A stretch of 64,000 nt of DNA. Source: the human T2T-CHM13v2.0 reference genome, Homo sapiens. Location of the stretch: assembly GCF_009914755.1 (NCBI RefSeq), contig NC_060926.1; one strand, 5' to 3'. Under the pieces are notes generated by a model that was not told the DNA's origin, ran no database searches, and worked only from the letters and a program-made list of their open reading frames with translations. The translations under genes and the position numbers were made by a program. Shown piece after piece: positions 52,703 to 64,000 of this stretch; the stretch's first letter is position 1, and each line of letters opens with the position of its first letter.

Positions 52703-53209
52703 CCATCCACTTTTTAGCTGTCAAAACCTGATAGAAATGATCTCTACTACCTCTTTTCCCCTTTATATCTTTATTCTTTTGTTTACTTTAAAATCATTTT
52801 TATGGGAATTAATTCTTAATAACTCATGTGATCAGTCCACCATGTTTAACCAAAAGTTGTGTCTTTGATTTTGGACTTAGGGTTTTGCTCAGGTGTTTGT
52901 TTCTTTTCATCCAGAACAATAACAATACCAACAGAACAATAACAATACCAATGAAACAATAACAATAACAACAAATAAAAAATGAAAACAAGGGTAAGCA
53001 GTGCGTAACCTCTGTGACCTTACTGTGTGACCTCTGTCAGAGATACTTAATTTGGGAGGTGCAAGCCGAGGGAGATGAGGATGAGGAATAAGGAAAGTGA
53101 GGCAGGATGCCAAGCAGTGCCATGGTACGTATTAATTACCATGCTGGCTGCTGCTTTGAACAAACCTTTGAGAGATAGAGGAGTTTGTTCAGCAGTATTT
53201 TTTTTTTAA

Positions 53210-53600
53210 AGCAGCTTTATTGAAGTATGTTTTCTGTATTATGAAATTAACCCAATTCAAGCTTACATTTCAGTGATATTTAGTAAATTTACTGAGTGGC
53301 ACAACCATCACCACAAATCAATATTGGAACACTTTGATCATGCCAGTTAGATTCCTCGTAGTGATTTACAGTTAATCCCTGTTCCAACCCAGAGCCCCAG
53401 GCAACCAATAATCTGCCAGTATTAATTTGCCTTTTTTGAACATTTCATTTAAATGGAATCCTACAACGTATGGTCGCCTGTGTTTAATGTTTTTGAGGTT
53501 CGACCATGTAGCAGTGTGGTTCTTTGTTCCTTTTTATTGCTGAATTTTAGGCTATGGTTGTACCACATTTGTTACCTGTTCACCAATTGATAGGCATGAT
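53210..53600 (-). mobile_element. L1MB/L1ME 3' end fragment
   Basis: cagctttattgaagta...caaccatcaccacaa...gccccaggcaacca...catttaaatggaatc. Confidence 0.75.
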
Positions 53601-53748
53601 GTTGATGGAACTGCACCTTAAGTCATCCACAGAAGGGAGAAAGGAGGGGGAATTTATCTGTTTGGGTCTTCTTGTTTCCCTTTAGTGTAACCAAACACTT
53701 GGTTCTGATGACCCTGAGTGACTGTCTGGATGAGGGAAAAGCAGTTGA

Positions 53749-58508
<4,760 letters not shown>

Positions 58509-59617
58509 CTAATTTCCCATCATCTGATCCTACCAAAAATAACAAATACCTAGGGGGTTTTTCATTTCATTTACAATCTGGAACCTCAGATGGCCTTATG
58601 ACAAGAGCCAATATTTTAATATCTTTGTCTTAGAACCTCACTCATACAATAGAGACAAACCTCAAATCCAATCCAGAGAGCATTGCTTCAAGGAACAGTG
58701 GTGACTTAAGATAGGTTGGAAGTCTAATGGTGCTGCGGAATGCTAAACAATCAAGCCTTTTCAGGTTTAGTTTAATAGTTGTTATTCTTATACTTTCAAA
58801 ACCATTTTCATGTAATTTTTTTCAACTATTTATTAAATGTTAGTAAAAGAGGAACTACCTGAACACAGATTTTGTCCAAGCAACCTGTTTAGAATAAATT
58901 ATAGGGAAGGAAGTTTTCGCTAAAATGCATTTCCTGTACTTGTGAAGAAACTTGTTGAGAAATTAACTTTGAGAAAGTTATGCCATCTTTATGCAACATA
59001 TTTATATAGTTAAGAAACATAATTTTCTTACATTTCAAAAGAGGCTGTTTGACAAAAACGGCTAGAAGACCCCTCCCTACACAGTGAGAAATAACATTCT
59101 ACAATTATGTTATATAACTAATCATAATAATTTTACTTTCTCCAAATAACTATAAGCACCTTATCTTCCCCGTTATCAAAAAACCGTGAGAAAATGAGCC
59201 TTCCTAAGAAGTTTGACACTGATACCAGCCAACTCTAAATCAAAATGGAAATTAACATTCCTTTCTAAATCATGTGCAGAATTCATTTGAACATTCTGAT
59301 AATTTCCCTGTAAACTCTGATACGTAAATGTTGGGGCTAGGAGGAGGCTTGAAGATTATCTTGTTCAAACTCTCTGGTAAAAGAATGTATCTAAGATTTG
59401 TTCCATAGGCTGCAGTCCACTTCGGGAATCATGGAACTCATCAGTCACATAAATGGAACTAAGATACCTTCTCATAGTTAAAAAAACCAGCTTAAGAAAT
59501 TCTTGCCACCCAACTTTTCTTCTATGAATCTCTCAATAATTTTTCACTATTCAGAGAATGTGGTAAAAATAAGAGGCTTCAAGACCCAAAAGAACAAATG
59601 TATGGGAACTCCATACC

Positions 59618-60007
59618 TGCATTAGTCTGTTAGGGCTGCCATAACAAAAGGTCACAGGCTGGGGGCTTCAGTAATATAAGTCATTTTCTCATAGTTCTAG
59701 AGGACAGAAGTCCAAGATTGAGGTGTTGGCAGAGTTGGTTTTTCCTGAGGCTCCTTTTTCTAATTTGCAAATGGCCACCTTCTTAGCCTTGCCTTTTGTG
59801 CACCCCTCCCTGGTGTCTGTGTCCAGATTTCTTCTTACAAGGACAGCAGTCAGATTGGATTAAGGTTCACTCTAACAGCCTTATTTTAATTCAGTCACTT
59901 CTTCAAAAGGCCTTGTTTCTAAGTCTCAATCACTTTCTGAGGTACTGGAGATGAGAGTTTCAACATGTCAGTAATTTTTGGGGGATCACGGTTTCAGCCC
60001 ATAACAA
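59618..60007 (-). mobile_element. MLT1A/B-like solo LTR
   Basis: cattagtctgttagggctgccataacaaaa...cagaagtccaagat...ttcagcccataaca. Confidence 0.8.
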
Positions 60008-60084
60008 TACTGTAAAGTTTTTCTTGTACTGAAGACACAGAAAATAACTTTACTCTAAAGTGCTAATGATTTATTAACTAACAC

Positions 60085-60287
60085 AGGTAGAATATCCCTT
60101 ATCTGAAATGCTTGGGACCAGAAGTAGTTCAGATTTTTTTGGATTTTGGAATGTTCATATTATATTTCATGGTATAATATCTCTAATCCAAAAGTCTGAA
60201 ATCCAAAATGCTCCAGTGAACATTTAGTTTGAGAGTCATGTTGATGCTCAAATGGTTTAAAATTTTGGATTAGGGATACTCAACCTG
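60085..60287. mobile_element. Tigger4a/MER46-like MITE
   Basis: Terminal inverted repeats caggtagaatatccct / agggatactcaacctg. Confidence 0.75.
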
Positions 60288-60340
60288 AAAATTTTGAACC
60301 TTGTTTTTTTAAACTAAAAAATACATAGGGTCTTCTAATC

Positions 60341-60708
60341 CAGGGGTCCCCGACTTCTGAGTTTCAGACAAGTACTGGTCCTTGACCTAATAGGAGCCAG
60401 TCCCCACAGCAAGAGGTAAGCAGTGGGAAAGCAATTGAAGCTTTATCTGTATTTATAGCCGCTCCCCATTGGTTGCATTACTGCCTGAGCTCCACCTCCT
60501 GTCAGATCAGTGGTGGCATTAGATTCTCAAAGGAGCATGAACCCCATTGTGAACTGTGCATATGAAGGATCTAGGTTGTACACTCTTTCTGAGGATCTAA
60601 TGCCTGATGATCTGTCACTGTCTCCCACCACTGCCACCCCCTGCCTACCTTCATGGAAAAAGTTTCTTCATGAAACTGGTCCCTGTGCCAAAAAGATTGG
60701 GACTGCTG
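60341..60708. mobile_element. MER1-like hAT-Charlie element
   Basis: caggggtcccc...ttgggactgctg ends with a perfect 8-bp TSD ttctaatc (60333-60340 / 60709-60716). Internal cctgagctccacctcctgtcagatcag. Confidence 0.85.
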
Positions 60709-60722
60709 TTCTAATCAGATAA

Positions 60723-61072
<350 letters not shown>

Positions 61073-62571
61073 CTACAGATGCTATTTTAGATGATGGAGA
61101 TAAAGGATGGCAAAAAAAAAAAAAGATACAGTTCGTGTTTTCATGGGGTTTAAAGAAGGCAGTAAACCCATCAGATGGTGGTACTATATCAGTTAGCCTT
61201 TGCTGGGTAGCAAACCATGCCTGAAACTTGCTGGCTTCGTGTTGTATAAGCATCATCATCTTTGTTCATACTTTTGTAGGTCAGTAATTTGGACTGGGGC
61301 ATACTCAGTGTGGTAGTGTGGTGGCTCTTCTATCCATCTCTTCTAGGATCTCTCCGGAAGCTGAAGTCAGCTGGCAGTTAACTGGGGGCTGCATGGTGTG
61401 ACTTGGGTTGGCCGACTTTTTAAGCACCCTGGCCTTTTGTTTCCCATATCTCAGTTTTCTTTTTGTCTCCTTTCTTCCTTTTGTTGTTCACTAAGGAATA
61501 TTTAAAAAGTTTCGAGTATTATAAAACATTCAACTTTTGGGGAATGAGATGGAGATATAATAAATGGAGATAAATATGTACATTTAATATCTTCATTTTA
61601 CAAAAGAATCTAATCACCATTAATTACAGTGTTACAGTATGCCCTGTTACAGCTGAGAGTTAGGGTTTTGCATCCACTAATTTGGGTAGGGTGACAATAG
61701 CAAAATGATAAATAAGTCATGAATTTAGCCTGGGCTTTTGGTGCTCAAATACCTTAATTCATGGATGGCAACACCAACACTCTACCTGCTTTTCTTAGCT
61801 CAACAGGAAATGAGAGTAGGGCTTGGGCAGGAGGAAGTCATGCATACCCAGCTGTCAGCGTGCGGCCTTCTCATTGGTTGTTTAGGAGAGCAAACGAAGC
61901 TTATCTCCTTCCCCAAATTGTTGATAATGAAGGCGAAAAGAGATATAGCTACAGGTAAACTAGATTGAATCTGCTGTTTATGTGTTGGAAGATGACGTTT
62001 GAAGATGAGTTTTAGTTCTTAGCACCAATACAACAAATGATGGGATTTGAGGTTTAAGTGCCTAAGTTTAAGGCTCTCATATAATAACTCTTAATTTCTT
62101 TTTGTGTCGGGAAAAGAACAAACTCTTGCCTTGAATTAACCAGTTATTTTAAAAAATCATAGACTTCTGTCATTAGAGGAAACGGCCTGAACTCCATTAC
62201 CAGGTGACTTTTTAGCTTTAGTGGGTGGCACATGGGACTGTCTGTGGTGTGCCATCTGCAGTGCGCAAGCCATTTGTTTCTGGAAACAGTCTCACAAGCA
62301 ATGATTCTGGTGAGTTTAGAAATGAATCAGGATGTGCTAAGCTCAATGAGGACTCATTAGCCTTGGATAATGTGATTCTATAAATGAACAGAATGGAGAC
62401 GGTGAAGACTCAGGAGTATAGAGAAAATAGGATGACACTGGAAGCTAGGCTGATTGGTGGGAGTTTTGGAATCAATGTGCTTCAACTATTAGTTGATTAA
62501 GCATATAGTTGAATTAGTAAAGAGTGGGAGACTTGCCCCTTGACTGTGTGTTATTAAAAAAAAAAAAGCTA

Positions 62572-62875
<304 letters not shown>

Positions 62876-63157
62876 CTATCTTGAGTACTGACATGGTCCA
62901 CCATCTCCTTTATGTACATTTCCTCACCTTAATTTTTATTTTGCATGTGCATGGAGAGGTTAAGTAACTTGCCTAAAGACACATAGCTAGGAAGCAACTG
63001 GAGAAACCAAGTGTTAAGGCATTTCAGTCCTGACTTCTAAGTTTAGCTCTTAACCTTTTTGCCAGATTGTTTCCCAGGGTTTCGACAGGTTTGGTTGGTA
63101 GGTAAGATGTGGTTTGGCAGAGAGAAGCTGTGAGGGTTTAGGGCCAGGGCTGACAGT

Positions 63158-63246
63158 GGGAAGGTGGGGGTGGGGGGGTGGGGGGGAGTGGAAGGGTGGG
63201 GGATGGGGGGTGGGGTGGTGGTGGGGTGGATGGGTTAAGGGTGGGA
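63158..63246 (+). repeat. G-run-rich low-complexity tract
   Basis: More than ten runs of three or more G separated by short loops. Confidence 0.85.
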
Positions 63247-64000
63247 TTGAGAGGCAAAGGAGGTGCTGAGAGGAGCAGAAGTTGCCAGTCCTGAAGCTTT
63301 CCTTTTTCTCTACTTTCCTGTGTCTTCCTCAGAGCCTCTCATACTCTAATGTGCACTCAGTCATCTTGGGAGCTTGTGAAAATGCAGATTCTGATTTCAG
63401 TGCATCTGGGAATCTGCATTTCTAATATGCTTCCCCAGTGATGCTACTGTAATTCCATACTTTCAATAGTAAGGAGTAGTAGGGCAAAGAAGTTAGCATG
63501 GGAAATGTTGGTAGTTCACTGGAACACAGCTGCTAGGGTGGGTTCTTTGGACTAGGGTTATGCCTTATCCATGTGGTGTAAAGTGTATTGGGTATCTGTA
63601 CATTCAAATCAATGATTTTGTGAACAGATTACAACTTTCAGTTGGGACTGTAGTCTTTCTGAGGCTCACAGGATGTTGATGTAGGAAGAGGTGTTAGAGA
63701 ATGTGTAGCTCAACCCCTTAGCTTACAGAGAGTGAGGGACTTTGTGGCCTAGTCAGAGCTAGGGTTGCAGATCTGGCCTCTTTTATGCTCTTCATCTGTC
63801 TGGGTTGGGTTGGAAGGCAGTGCAGTGAAGTGCTACTGTCTTCCCCCCTACTATTTGATGATTTGGTGACATGACAAGGTCATAAATGGATTATGATTCT
63901 CAAATTCCATTTCAGTTTGTAGTACATTTCCTGAACAAAAGTAAGTGTTTGAGACAGTGAATGAATAAAAGGGCTGGTTTCTGGGTGAGGTGGCTCACAG

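Noticed and set aside
52913-52990. (ACAATA)n-like tandem with a duplicated ~20-bp unit
   Set aside because: Ordinary low-complexity slippage product.

Overview
Primate (very probably human) genomic DNA, not microbial. It is very Alu-dense (about 55-60 copies or fragments), with L1, MIR/L2, MaLR/ERV1 LTRs and DNA-transposon MITEs. The only protein-coding sequence I can support is the 5' end of MAP4K4 (HGK) on the + strand: a CpG-island promoter (~41.5-43.0 kb), coding exon 1 (42693-42749, MANDSPAKSLVDIDLSSLR), a 335-nt intron, coding exon 2 (43085-43150, [22 protein letters not shown]) and an intron 2 that runs past the window end. Almost all other listed ORFs are Alu- or GC-derived artefacts. 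I found no new multi-gene system. The most unusual signal is a set of locally templated copies: (i) a chimeric insertion in intron 2 joining a 22-nt copy of MAP4K4 exon 1 to a ~230-bp copy of downstream intron, flanked by an 8-bp direct repeat; (ii) a 147-bp, ~94% identical non-Alu inverted repeat at 20.4/21.8 kb; (iii) a 38-bp inverted copy of nearby DNA pasted inside an Alu; (iv) an older ~180-bp duplication. Also notable are a MER85 piggyBac MITE and a two-codon uORF in strong Kozak context in the MAP4K4 leader. Repeat subfamily names come from remembered consensus sequences, and boundaries are approximate unless a TSD or TIR is quoted.
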